DNA of 55,941 bases, filler included, from Circinaria calcarea (Eukaryota): assembly GCA_051942165.1 (NCBI GenBank). It is 5 parts of 5 records of this genome, joined end to end, with 100 filler letters (N's around TTAATTAATTAA, not from the genome) between each part and the next. Parts side by side here need not be neighbours in the genome. Positions count along the whole stretch, not along the records: positions 33,642 to 44,752 come from JAVECS010000712.1; positions 44,853 to 55,941 come from JAVECS010000713.1; 3 more parts are not named here. One strand, 5' to 3'. Positions 36,601 through 48,301 of this stretch are shown here, in pieces. Position 1 is the first letter of the stretch; the number at the start of each line of letters is the position of its first letter. The position numbers and the translations under genes are program-made. The notes beneath the pieces are model-generated. The model made no database searches, was not told the DNA's origin, and worked only from the letters and a program-made list of their open reading frames with translations.

Positions 36601-38993
36601 TCAATGGAGAGTATGATATAGTCATGCGGATCCAATCTAGACGGTCGCCACTTTTGGTGGCCTGACATTGGCGGTCGAGGGGGTTGTTGGCCTAGAGGAG
36701 GGGGTTGTTGGCCTAGAGTCTGCTTGTCATTCATTCCTATTTGCTTCGTCGCGTTTGCCTAGTGGGATTGTTGGCGACACGGGTCTGATATGGTATCAGA
36801 TACAGATGGGCAGCAAAAGACCGAATCAGCAGCAATTGATTGATTGCATGCAGTGGCCGCTCCCTTTCAGCCTGCCCGACTTTCCCTATCGAGTCTGCGT
36901 CTAACGCACAATGCACACAAATGTACCGGGGCACTTCCACCCACTATACCGGAAACTTTCCTTTGCTGCTCGGCCCCTCTACATCGACCCGCCCCCTTAC
37001 TGTTTACAGTCTCTCTTTTCTTGCGCTGCCGGGCTAGACCGCGTCGGGGACAGCCCTAGATTGATTATTGATTACTCGATAGCTGCACGCATCCTGAGTA
37101 GGGAGGGCGAGATTGTTCCGGAAACGGCTACTACCTAAGGCCTGTAGAGAATCGTAGGGCGCGCTTACGAGTTGCTGACGGATATCTCGGCAGAAAGTGA
37201 TGCCTGGCGGAAGACTGGGACGGCATCATCTAATATACGACCACGGTCCTATCGACAACTGGTTTTATCACCACGAAAACTCGATTGAAGTGCAGGAGTC
37301 GAATTGAGGGCCTCCACCGAAACCTAGAACACTCGGGATTTGCAGTCCATGTTGTCGCGATGCCCATCTGTACCCGTATCCGATAACACAGACTGGAAGG
37401 GTAATACCGAAAGTCCTATGAAACCCTGCGCTGCACAGGATGCACTGGGACCAACCGACAGGAGGATCACGCAGCCAATCATGGTCCCGTTCGCTCGCTT
37501 CACTTGACCGGAGAGAGAGTGTGAAAAGCCAAGGCGGACTGCCTAAGAAATTCCCGAGGTGTCATAAATAAAATAATCCCAGCCCCCGAGATGATCAATT
37601 CAATAGTATACAGTATATCCCAAGGAGTGCCACTTGGGCCCCCCTTCATTGGACTTCATCCCTCCGTAGCAGTTCATGATTTGATCCGAGCCGAGAGATC
37701 TGCAGCTGATATCCCCGACATTGTGCGTCTTATTCGTATAGAGTACCTTAATCATCATCCTCCAATTGTCCACATCACACCGGTTGATCCAGACAATCAG
37801 TTTTACATCTCACCGTGCGGCTAAGACAACCCCCGGATTATTCGAGCTTCAATCTGCTAGCCGGGCTACGTGGTAGCTGGCCGTCAGGGGAGTGGCGGTA
37901 CGACTGCGAAGTCCTTCTGTATGTACATGATTAACCGGGGTTGGAGGCTGATACTTGGAGATTTGACGATCCAGAAGAAACGGGGCGTCTGCTGTGTGAT
38001 CCTGAAGGGTTGCCGCCCCCGGGAAGAGTCCCTTGCAACGAAAGAAGCTCCTGCTGCATCATCGGCTCTGCAGGATGCCTGTGACTTCATGAACATTACT
38101 GAAGGTTAATACGATACTAACGATGGGGACGGGTAGAAGAAGGGGGCAGGGCATAACACCGTTCAGCCAAAAAGTCCAAAGGACCGTCTCCCACGTCAAG
38201 GATTACGCAAACATCAACACGCATGCACGGCTCACATCGAATGTAGGCCTGAAGCCGGCTGATGAGCGAAAAAAGTTCCATCGCGATGCGACACGAGACG
38301 ATACTTTCACCCAGTTGCCGCAGCAGGGAAAGAAAGGGAAACAGCATCAGGCAACAAAGCCATGAGTTGGCCCCCACGGCACTTGCATGGGGAGGGTCAA
38401 GTACAGTACCAGTAGAGATGCGGATAGCGATCAGCAAGGAGGTCGTAGGCAGTTTAGCAACCCCAAGACTTTCTTCCGTGATCCAGATCCACCATCATCC
38501 CATGTGCAATAACAGGTGGCGAGAAAGGTTAGAGAAGGAGAGCAACATTTTAGATTTTCCCATTCATCGGCTTGGTGCCTAGCGCGTCAATGCGGCGGGC
38601 CAGCACACGAATGCCATTGCATAATCCAAGCCGGCGTTTCGGCACCACCCAGATAGGACTGGGAGAGTCCCCGACAACCAGAGGCACGATGCTATCATTG
38701 CGAGGGGCCTGCCGACAAATAAGAGTGGACCGAGTCGCAAAGGGGGAGCGGCTCCGTACTCTAGTCTCCCAGTCTGCCAAGGGAAGAAAAGGTCTCATCC
38801 AACGCCTGACGGTGTGATGATTGCTCTTCATCGATCCCTTTCGTTCCGCGTATATGTACGGAGTACGGAGTAGGAGTACTCTAGCCTCCCTTTTCCTGTC
38901 TCTCGACCGTCATGCACCAGGCTAGGGTTCAGTGTGATGCTTACCGTATGCCGGGCACCAAGAGCTGGAAAGGATGCAAGAGACTAAAAAGTC

Positions 38994-39049
38994 CTGCTGC
39001 TGCTGCTACTGCTACTGCTACTGCCACTGCCACTGCCACTGCTATGCTA
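38994..39049. repeat. Compound microsatellite (CTG)n-(CTACTG)n-(CCACTG)n
   Basis: Sequence reads ctgctgctgctgctactgctactgctactgccactgccactgccactgcta. Confidence 0.8.
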
Positions 39050-41830
39050 CGAGAATAATCCCACCCAATCACATGCGAGCCTTCTCATTCGCTGGCCGCT
39101 TCGAGGTTGGAAAGTGGGAATACCTACCTATCCGTTGCTTTGCTGCGCAGAGGTGGTAAGTGTGACTTTGCAGGAGGACATGCTTAGCGCTCTTCCTTCG
39201 GTCACGGCCGCCCTTGTGTGTCCGAACGTACCCAGTCCCAACCAACCGTCGGTAGGACTCTCTTCACCTCAGCCAAGTTGCAGGAATCCTAGGTCAGCGC
39301 CAGCTTGCTTTTCTCCGTACCGATCGCCATGCGGCGACGGGGTTGCAAACTCACCAACCGTTTGGCAAGTAATGGTTCCAGTAATCCGCCCGCGGTTGGC
39401 TTCATCATCACGATGCCGTCTCATCCTTTTCGATGAAGCCTTGTTGCTACTTAGGAAACCAACGGCTCAAGGCTCAGCGCATCAGTCTCGGCGGGGAAGT
39501 GGAACATTGGAAGAAGTGGCTATTACCACCTCATGCACGGCCCGTCACTGAGGGGCTTTTGGATATTCACTACCACCCATGAACTGAAGCTGCCTTTGCC
39601 ACGGCTCGATGGGAGGCGGTGGCTATCTTGCTCCATCAAATCTGGAAACGCGATCACAGACGGTCAGACTTTGACTAGTACAACATGATGATCAGTTGAC
39701 TGCTCCCCGGCATTTTCTCCTATCATATGGTCCGAGGTTGACAGGTTGACAACACGATGAGCAGCATCGATGAACTGTGTGTGTCGCAACTCGCTTGGGA
39801 CCCCCACCCTCCTTTCTTTTTTTGCATGGGCTGCTTTTCCTGTCGTAGGCGTACAGCTCGGATAACTCGTAAACCCCCTCTTGCCTCTGGGGAAGGTATC
39901 AGCTAGTCCGCAATAAGCGGTTGGTGTTTTTGGGCGCAAAAAGAGAGCACGATGAAATTGATTAGACCTGGGGAGCGAGCAGGGGGGCCCCCTTCTCTCC
40001 AATTCCCACCAAGTGGCACCCTTTTGTTTGCCCTCTCGCTCGGCGGTGTCTCGATTAGCAGCCTTCTGTTGGTCGAGAGACGCGCATGCCATCCATCGCC
40101 TTTTCGGTCTCGCAAATAACCTAGGCCATGTAGGATCTTATCCGCATCGGCACAAGCGGACTCCCAAACGCCGGTGGATTCAGCGAGACGAGAGTCGCCT
40201 TGGAGAGACTAGAGGGTAGGGAAATCGAATGCTGGTAGCCCGTAATCCCGGACGCGCGCAGTCGCATTCATTCCCATTCACTTGCTCTGTAATCAGCTTT
40301 TCCCCCCTACGCGGATCAAACTTGACCGGATCGGGACTAGTACCTCAGCTCGACAGCCTATCCTCCAAGCTTTTCCCCCCTTCCTTCCCACCAACCCAAA
40401 CATAACCCCTAACCTAACTCTACTTTCCGGTGAGATCACACACTCTCAGCATGCACCTTACCTCACTTTTGAACCTCCAACATCCGCGTCGCGCAAATCA
40501 TCCTCACCCAAATTAATGAACCAAACTAGTCGTGAATTCGAAATCGCCCCGTGTCCCCCCTTCCTCATTTGGCCTAAGGGAGCCACACAAAGGCAAAAGG
40601 ATAGTGGGAATAAAGGGCCAAAGGCAAAAAGGGAAACGGGGAAAATGGGAAAATGGGAAAGATGACCAATCCTGCCCAGGTTTCCCAGGCCGGCACGCGG
40701 CGTTAATCACTCCCATGGGCGCTAGGGTCCGTGTCATTGGGCCTCATACATGATTCTTTTGTCGCCGGCCCTGGCCCGGCAAATGTCTCTCTCTGCTCCC
40801 CTTCCATTTCCTCTCGGTCCCATCAATAATCAAATAAAAATAAAGAAAAATAAATAAAAAAGGCAGCTAATCAAACACGATGGGGTGCTTCACGCTCGTT
40901 TCGTTCACTAGCCCCTGCCCCCCTTGTAGGATGCCGCACTCGGGTTATTACACATTCTTGGTGGATGTCTTTGGCATCGCTCGCTCGCGCTCGTTCCCAG
41001 CACCCAGCTCCCAGCTCCCAGCACCAACACTACTCATACGCACTACGTCCGCTGCGACCACTATTCTCCGAAGCGACATAACCTGCTTCCTACCTGGACG
41101 CTAGCAACCTCTATCTCTCCACTCGATCCCGCCTGCCTCGGGCTCCTGGCTCAAGCCTCAAGCCTCAGGGCTCTGACATCAAGCGGGATTGGGATTAGGA
41201 ATCCAGGATTGCCTGCTTGCTGCTGCTGCTGCTGCTAACCCATGATCGGGATTTGGCCATATCAGACCCATACCCTACCCATACCTGGACCGAACCAAGA
41301 CACGAACAGATCAGCCTCTGGTCATGCCTGGAACGTGCTTCGCTTGACGAGCAACATGCCATGCCATGCTCGTGCCTTTCCTTGGTTCACCATCATCATC
41401 AGCAACAGTAATAATCATAATACCAACTCCACCGCCGCCACCTCTCATCTACTTGACGCACTCGGGAAGTGACGGACGAGCAATGGTGAATCCGTGACCG
41501 ACAACGCCGGTGGCCCTTTCCTTCCATGCTCACCTCGACTATTGAATCCACTAGGCCCGATTATATTGTCACGACCTCTCTACAATAGCAATCCTAATAA
41601 TCCGCAACATTCCTCTGCTGTCGTCTAGGAATACATTCCTTATTCATCCGAGCGTTTTTGGTTGGGATTGACCGCCCTCGAGCCATGCACTTCGCCTGGC
41701 CGAGGTTCTTTAGATTCTTTTCCGTCAACTTCCACGCTTCCTCTACTTCACCCATACCTCTTCCATCCCATTGACGATACCTCTCGATCCTACCACCAGG
41801 GCACCAGCAACCTCCAGTACCGTTGTACCA

Positions 41831-43919
41831 ATGCATGACCCTTTAGGACCCATTTCGGCGCAGTCGAGACAGCCTGTCGGACCATCACATTTGCACTTTC
41901 CGTTATTGCCATCTTACGAGCTTGCAAAGCCAGTTCAAGTGTCGGAGCAAGAGGAATACGAGAGGATACAAAAGACACATTGGGCAAGAAATCCTTCACA
42001 AAATTTAGTAACCCGGTGGCTTGCTGGTACCACCGCCCCTTCGCCGTCTGGGTTACACACTCCACCTCGAGAAATGAATGGGGGGCATGTGAATGCAATG
42101 TTGGCACCGACATACGGGGGTTTGTACAGCAGTAACGGCTCACTACCAAGGCCTTCGGACCATTCATACCAAGCCAACGGTGGGATTTTCACGGATCTGT
42201 CATTTGCAGGGAGAAACGGCCAGTACGTTCACGCACATTCCAGTCATCCCTCCAGTCCAAGTCAGCCGAGGGATGTTGCGGGCTTGTACGGGAATAGTGT
42301 AAGGAGAAGGGGATCCGACAATGACAATCAGATTGTTTCCTATCTGCAAATACCATCCTCAATCAACGACAGCAAAGGTAGCCTGGCAGAATTTGCTGCT
42401 CAGGTTAGTTGAGCAATTTTGTATCCGAAGCTTTAGCTTTGCAGCATGGCTAACGAGTCGTAGATAACCTGCCTGTTTTGGTTCGAGTCTTCATTCACTC
42501 TCCATCGGGTTGAAGAATCGAAAATCACCCCCCAACCGACGACTCCTTTGGTGTCAGAAGCAAAGCCTTCTATGGGATTCCGGAAATGGGTAACCACCAT
42601 TCTTTCGACGACACAGGTTACGCAAAACGTCATCTTATTGGCTTTGATGTTCATCTATCGGCTGAAGAAACTGAATCCGACAGTCAAGGGGAAACCCGGA
42701 AGTGAATTTCGGTTGCTCACGGTGGCGTTGATGCTAGGCAATAAATGTATGTAACTTTTCTGGAGTTATATGAGTTTGTCGACGCAGCACTAATCCCCCT
42801 GTAGTCCTGGACGATAATACTTATACAAACAAAACATGGGCCGAGGTTTCCGGAATCTCCGTCCAAGAAATCCATATTATGGAAGTGGAATTTCTGAGTA
42901 ACATGAAGTACACCCTTTACGCTTCCGAAGCGGAATGGGTGATCTGGCACCAGAAGTTGGGTCGATTCTGGAACTACTTTGACAAAGCGTCGAAAACCTC
43001 AATCGAATCGAAACCACCGGGTCTACCTGCGCCCATGTTCAATCTCGCACCAACGCTTCCATCGCCGCCAGCGTCATTGCAGGCTTCCCCTCCTTTTCCC
43101 GCCGGGCAGACACCGAACGGCTCAACCTATCCGCACCCGTTTTCCGTACCTCCATATCTCGCACCGTCTATACCATCACCTGCTGTGCGAATGCCAGAAG
43201 TTGATTTGAGACCTACCGGTAGGAAGCGGAGCTATGACGACGGCAGCCAGGACCCACCTGCCAAGAGGCTGGCTAGAACGGTCGGACAAGTGGACATGCC
43301 ATCACTGGCTCCTGCGCCTAGTGCTCCTGATTACAACGCTCCGAGACTTCCAGTTCCGAATCTCTCAATCTCCACCAGTGGACATTTCGGTACGTTTCCC
43401 GGGTCTTACTCGGCTCACCTGCCTCTACCGACGGGGCGATCCATGTCGACCGTTTATCCTGGATATCATGCATGGCCACAGTCTGGAGGCCTTCAGAACC
43501 AAAACCAATCATCACATTCACCTAGGTCTTTTACTGGTCTTCCACCAATGGACCAATCTCGGCGAGTAACCCCTTTCGCCGTCAACTCGAAAAACCCTTC
43601 CCCTACCTCTTCCACTTTCCCTCAATCGACCTCCCAAGATCGCCTTTCTCCGTCCGGCTATCTATCGCAACGGAACTCTCCTTACAAGCCATTACGACCG
43701 CCCAATACGTTGCTCGTGCCGCCGCCTTCGGCTTCCATGCACAACCCCTCGCAGCATCTCGGCTTGAACAACCTGCATTACCAACCGCTCGGCAAACCTC
43801 CAAGCGAAAGGAAAACTGGGGTCGTGCCATACATGCAGCCGGACTTCTGGCCTCATCCACACCACCATATGGCCCACTCGCAGTGGCCTTCGCTACCGCA
43901 GCCGAACGTACGGTTTTGA
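41831..43919 (+). CDS. CLG1: Pho80/Pcl-family cyclin (Clg1/Mug80-like), introns 42404-42463 and 42747-42804
   Basis: LQIPSSINDSKGSLAEFAAQ|ITCLFWFE...FRKWVTTILSTTQVTQNVILLALMFIYRLK...LLTVALMLGNK|FLDDNTYTNKTWAEVSG...MEVEFLSNM, followed by a Pro/Ser-rich tail. Start ATG assumed. Confidence 0.85.
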
Positions 43920-44752
43920 TCACTTAGCGGGTGTCTGTGCTTAAATGCACTTCGGCACGGCACACTTCTCCGCAAATGATCGGCGCATTTACTTTTACCA
44001 CGGGAGTCTGTGCGCGTTTCGGAGGAAAAGTCTTTAATCTGTCAGCATTTTCTAGCGTCGGCGTTTTTAAAACCATCTTTCTTACCTTGACATGGCTAAA
44101 GTACGAGCATCTATTTTTGCATTGCGCCGGCGCTTTTTGTGAAGTTTACAGCATACGCGGGGTTTTCTTTTCTCTGCATAGGTTTGCGTCGGGTCATTGA
44201 TCCGGGTTGGGGCTGCATTCATCTGGCGTTTCTTTTGAGGAATGAGGGGGTATTAGAGACAAGAGCTAAGCAGTGGACAGAGCTCATCGAGGTGGAGAGT
44301 GGTGTGTTACTATGGAGGGGCACTGTTCTTTTTTTTCAAATGGTCCTCGAGCATAAGCTCTCGTCGGACCGTTTTTTACCGGGATGAAGGGGTTCCGATG
44401 GGTGTATATTCTTTGATACTGTTGTCCATTCCCACCGGATAAAGTGGTCGAGTGACTTGGTCTAGATGATTGAAACCTATCTATCAGGTGTAAGATGGGT
44501 AGATGGACGAAATGTCTACATTGTGCATTAGAAATCCATGGAAGTTTCCTGCCGGCTGAAGGGTTCTTTTTTTGAAATGTAGTTTAGTACAAGCACAAAT
44601 GCAACCTTGTAACTATTCTTACTCGTTTCGGAGTTCCTCTGTAAAAATAAGGGAAGGGTTTTTGTGCCGGAAATGGAGAGGTGTGGTGCGTTTGTAATTG
44701 TCAAGCCCCGTGCCTTTTTTAGGGCCCGGGTTTGGGGCGGGAAAAGAAGGGG

Positions 44753-44852
44753 NNNNNNNNNNNNNNNNNNNNNNNNNNNNNNNNNNNNNNNNNNNNTTAA
44801 TTAATTAANNNNNNNNNNNNNNNNNNNNNNNNNNNNNNNNNNNNNNNNNNNN
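44753..44852. other. Artificial scaffold spacer
   Basis: N44-TTAATTAATTAA-N44. Confidence 0.98.
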
Positions 44853-45170
44853 ATATTATATATTATATATTTTTTATTATTTATAATAATTAAATATTTT
44901 AAATAAATATATTTATTATTAATATAATATTTTCTTTTCTTTTCTTATTATTATTAATATATAAAATTAAAATATTTAAATTACGCCGAATATTATATAA
45001 AAAATAAATAAATAAATAAATAAATATTAAAAATTATAAAATAATTATATTTCGGTAAAAAAAAATATAAAAAAATTATGCCGTAATTATTTCGGTATTT
45101 TATTAAATTTAAACGAGGAAGGCGAGAAAAAATAAGAAGTAGAATTAAAATAGCGAATAAGCTTTATTAA
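44853..45170. repeat. Extremely AT-rich, heavily RIP-mutated repeat relic
   Basis: Almost pure A/T with abundant TpA. Surviving C/G bases are mostly in CG/CCG context, as expected after CpA-to-TpA RIP. Confidence 0.7.
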
Positions 45171-45207
45171 TGTTGCAGATTACCGCGGTGGGTTAAGCGG
45201 TGGGTTA

Positions 45208-45427
45208 TGTAAGCGCTTTACCCGAGAACTTTTACGAATCCTATAACTGAATTATATACCGAGGTTATAAAATATTGGCTTAATAAGAAAGGTTTTCTTC
45301 GCGAAGCGTTACACCAGAACTCATTAGCAATAATTCATACGCTTACGCGAACCCATTGAGCTCATTATCATATAGTTTACCGACCCTTATCGTAAGATCA
45401 TCATACTATTTGTAGAGGATCCTTACA
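45208..45427. mobile_element. Solo LTR (220 bp) with 5-bp TSD GGTTA/GGTTG
   Basis: TGTAAG...CTTACA termini; flanks GGTTA (45203-45207) and GGTTG (45428-45432). Homologous to 6481-6700 and the same length. Confidence 0.8.
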
Positions 45428-46042
45428 GGTTGGGCGGTATATTAATCGTTAAACGACTTATTCCACAAAAACTGCAACTGCTATTAGTTAATAAGAGCCA
45501 CCAATTACACAGCGCCATAAGCTGATGAAAGCGCGTGTTCTAACTCGTGTCACCTTCCAGCCTCAGGATTTTCTGGTTGAGCTCTTGTAACGGATCCTAT
45601 AAGTATTGATGATAGCTAATCCCTGTCAGTATTAATAATGAACACATGCAGAGCTAATTCGCATACCATTCAACCCTACCCTGCGGGTAGGCCCCTCGGG
45701 CTTACTCAACAGTAGTCATTCGAGCAAGTAACTGCACCCAGCGACTCAATTAAATAGTTAATATCCAAGCGCTTTTCGCGCTCATGTTTTCTACCGTCGT
45801 GTCATGTACGCCTTCTTTCCCCTTCCCCCTTCCCCCCCCCGGGGGTCCTTCCTTCCGCTGTCCACTGTCCACTGTCCACTGTAGAGGCTCGAGGCTGTAG
45901 GCTGTAGGCGTGAAGATGGCTTGCTCCGTACGGGGCGCAATTGCGGTCCCGCCCCAGCGGCACGTGATAGCCGACGCTCGGTCCAGTAGCTACTTCGTAC
46001 GACGACGCTCCCTTCTTCCTTTCTTCAAATCATCATTTCACC

Positions 46043-46577
46043 ATGTGAGTCCCCTGGCGATGTGTGCTCGCCTGCACGATGCGCGCTCGTGTGTGCACCG
46101 CTGACGTGGTCGTGTAGGGCCGCCACCGCCGTCGTGTTGTACAACGCCGCCCTCGCCGCTGCTGCACCGCAGTAGAACCCCGTCCTCGTTGTAGGACAAC
46201 AGCAACTCGCCCCCTTCGCGCACAGTCCGCAGGGTCGTGCTGTCCTAACCTTACCGGGCCTGGACGTGGAGTTCGTACGCGGCAGTATAACTCCCGCCCA
46301 AGTTGGCAGCCACCGACCCTCGTACATCAACGCGATTCTTATCCAGCCTCGTGGTCGGGGGGGGGGGGGGGGGGAGGGGCTACGGCCCAGAATACAATCG
46401 TCATCAGATAGGTACGTACGATGTTTCCTTTCTTTTTCTCCTTCCTCCTCCTCCTTCTTTCTTTCCCTTGGTTCCTCCTCTTCCAATCTTTGCCTCCGCC
46501 CCTTATATCTCTTTTCACCTGAGCGTACGGCCTACGCCTCTACGCGGTGCTCAGGACCAGTAGCCCTTCGTGGGTGA
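46043..46577 (+). pseudogene. Small GC-rich gene relic next to the Crypton; ATG split by an intron; one premature TAG
   Basis: AT|GTGAGT...GCTGAC...TAG|G (intron 46045-46117) reconstitutes ATG. MAATAVVLYNAALAAAAPQ*(46173-46175)NPVLVVGQQQ... continues in frame into ORF 46266-46577. Confidence 0.4.
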
Positions 46578-46703
46578 AGCTAAGATAGGACTCGTAGAAT
46601 AGATTAATAGGATAATAATAAACAGTAAATCTAAATCTCTGCGTACGTACTTAAGATGCGGCTTTCTTCAAACGGTTTAATAAATTGAATAGGCTGTATA
46701 AAG

Positions 46704-48162
46704 TTAATTTCCCCGTTGTCGTACGAGCTCGACCTCCTCTATTGCCACCGCGATAGGGGTTCCAGTGGCTTGCCGTTTCCGTATCTCATCAATAATAACT
46801 TTTCGCCAGCTAAACATGACCCGTTCGGCTTGAGCAGAACGCCAAGCAGGTCCGTACGTGTCTTCCATAGCCTGAACAGCGGGGCCATGCCCTAGGCCTG
46901 CCGTCCACTCCGGCCATAAGTTAGGTACAAATTCGATCGTACGGGACAGTAGATAGGTGGGCGGCAAAGCAGAGGTCGGATCCGACCCCGACACGCCCAC
47001 AGGTAAGCTGGGCCCCGAAGCTGGTCCCGGCGTACGTACAGGCGCAGGTATTAACGTGGATATAGAGACAGATGGGCGTACGGTTGGATAAAGAGATTTG
47101 GAAACGATAACGGGCTGTGGACCTACTGCGGACGAAGACGGGAGTGCCGTAGGGATTAAGGCGGAGGCCGGCTGAATGGTGAAAGAGACGCGGCCGATGA
47201 AGAAATCATCAAGCCGGGTAGTAAGATCATTCAGCGTACGGTATGTCTTTATCCCTTATTCATTAATATTCTGCTGAAGGCCTTGCTGTACGACGTTCAT
47301 ACGTTCGGCGATAGCAGGCATAGTTTTACAGATCTAGATCTCTTTAAGCTCCTCGAGGTCCTCTAAAAAAGCTTCGACCTTATGGGCGAACCGCTGATAA
47401 TCTTCCCGTACGAAGACGGGGTCAGTCCATATGGGGTGGTCAGGGAATTCACGGCGCATAATGATTGAGTCTTGAAAGAAAATTGTACGGAGCTGCACAA
47501 ATAGACGTAAGAACTCTTGAGTAGCTAAGTCCTCACGGTCTTCTTTAGATGGGTTCATGGGCTGAGACCCAGTCTGATTGTCAGAAATATCAGAGAAATC
47601 TTCGTCCGAGTCAAACTATGCCAGCCATATATCCACCCACGGCCAAACGGCCCGCTCCAGAGACGTAGGGGGCACGATTTTGGCCCGGGGTAGATAATAG
47701 TTACCCGGTACAGAAGGGTCAAACCCCGCTATGCTCCGTACGAACTTCCGAGGGATCTAGGTGAGGTAACAGCTCGTTAAAATATTATTATTCCACCGGC
47801 CAGCGCGACGGATTTGTTTTTCGGTAACGCCGTTGATCTCGGCCTGCTTGGCCCCTTCCGCACGTCCTTTATGGGTTTTCTTTAAGGAAACTAGATTTAT
47901 CCCTTTAAACACCTTACTGATCCAGTCGAGCTGTGTTTCGTACGATAGCGGGTTCTCTACGCTGGCCCCCCGCAGCAGATGGATGCCGTACCACTGCTGC
48001 CGCTGTTGGAAGTGGGGCGGAGGCTCCTGTACGATGTCCCAGCGGTAAAAGAAATAAAACGGCCAGATGAGACATCGTACAGAGTAGAGGGTTCCGGTGT
48101 CGCATCACTGCCCCGTACTCTATCCGTCCGGCCTGGTTTGTCTTCCCGTTATCCATGATCAA
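46704..48162 (-). mobile_element. Degenerate, 5'-truncated Crypton (tyrosine recombinase / Ndc10-II domain plus GCR1_C domain)
   Basis: IMDNGKTNQAGRIEYGAVMRHRNPLLCTMSHLA; FYRWD..EPPPHF....WY; catalytic-type KKTHKGR...AGRW...CYL; C-terminal YLLSRTI..VPNLWPEWTAGL..GPAVQAMEDTYGPAWR...RKVIIDEI (GCR1_C). Stops, frameshifts and many TpA/CGTACG sites indicate RIP. Confidence 0.85.
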
Positions 48163-48301
48163 CAGCAGAGGGTGGGGGAAGGAGAGGTTTCAGACCTTCG
48201 CATTAATCAGATAGCTCACAAGTTGTTTTCATTCCACAACACTACCTAAATTTGATTCCTTCAAATGCTGCCGCCTACCCAAAACGCCCTCACAATCCAG
48301 A

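Noticed and set aside
11116..44852. Four identical TTAATTAATTAA palindromes at roughly 11-kb spacing
   Set aside because: Each sits centred in N-runs. They are artificial six-frame-stop contig linkers, not biology.
45586..45804. Possible second solo LTR (TGTAAC...GTGTCA, ~219 bp)
   Set aside because: Terminal repeats are imperfect, flanks GCTCT/TGTAC do not form a TSD, and there is no second copy in the window.
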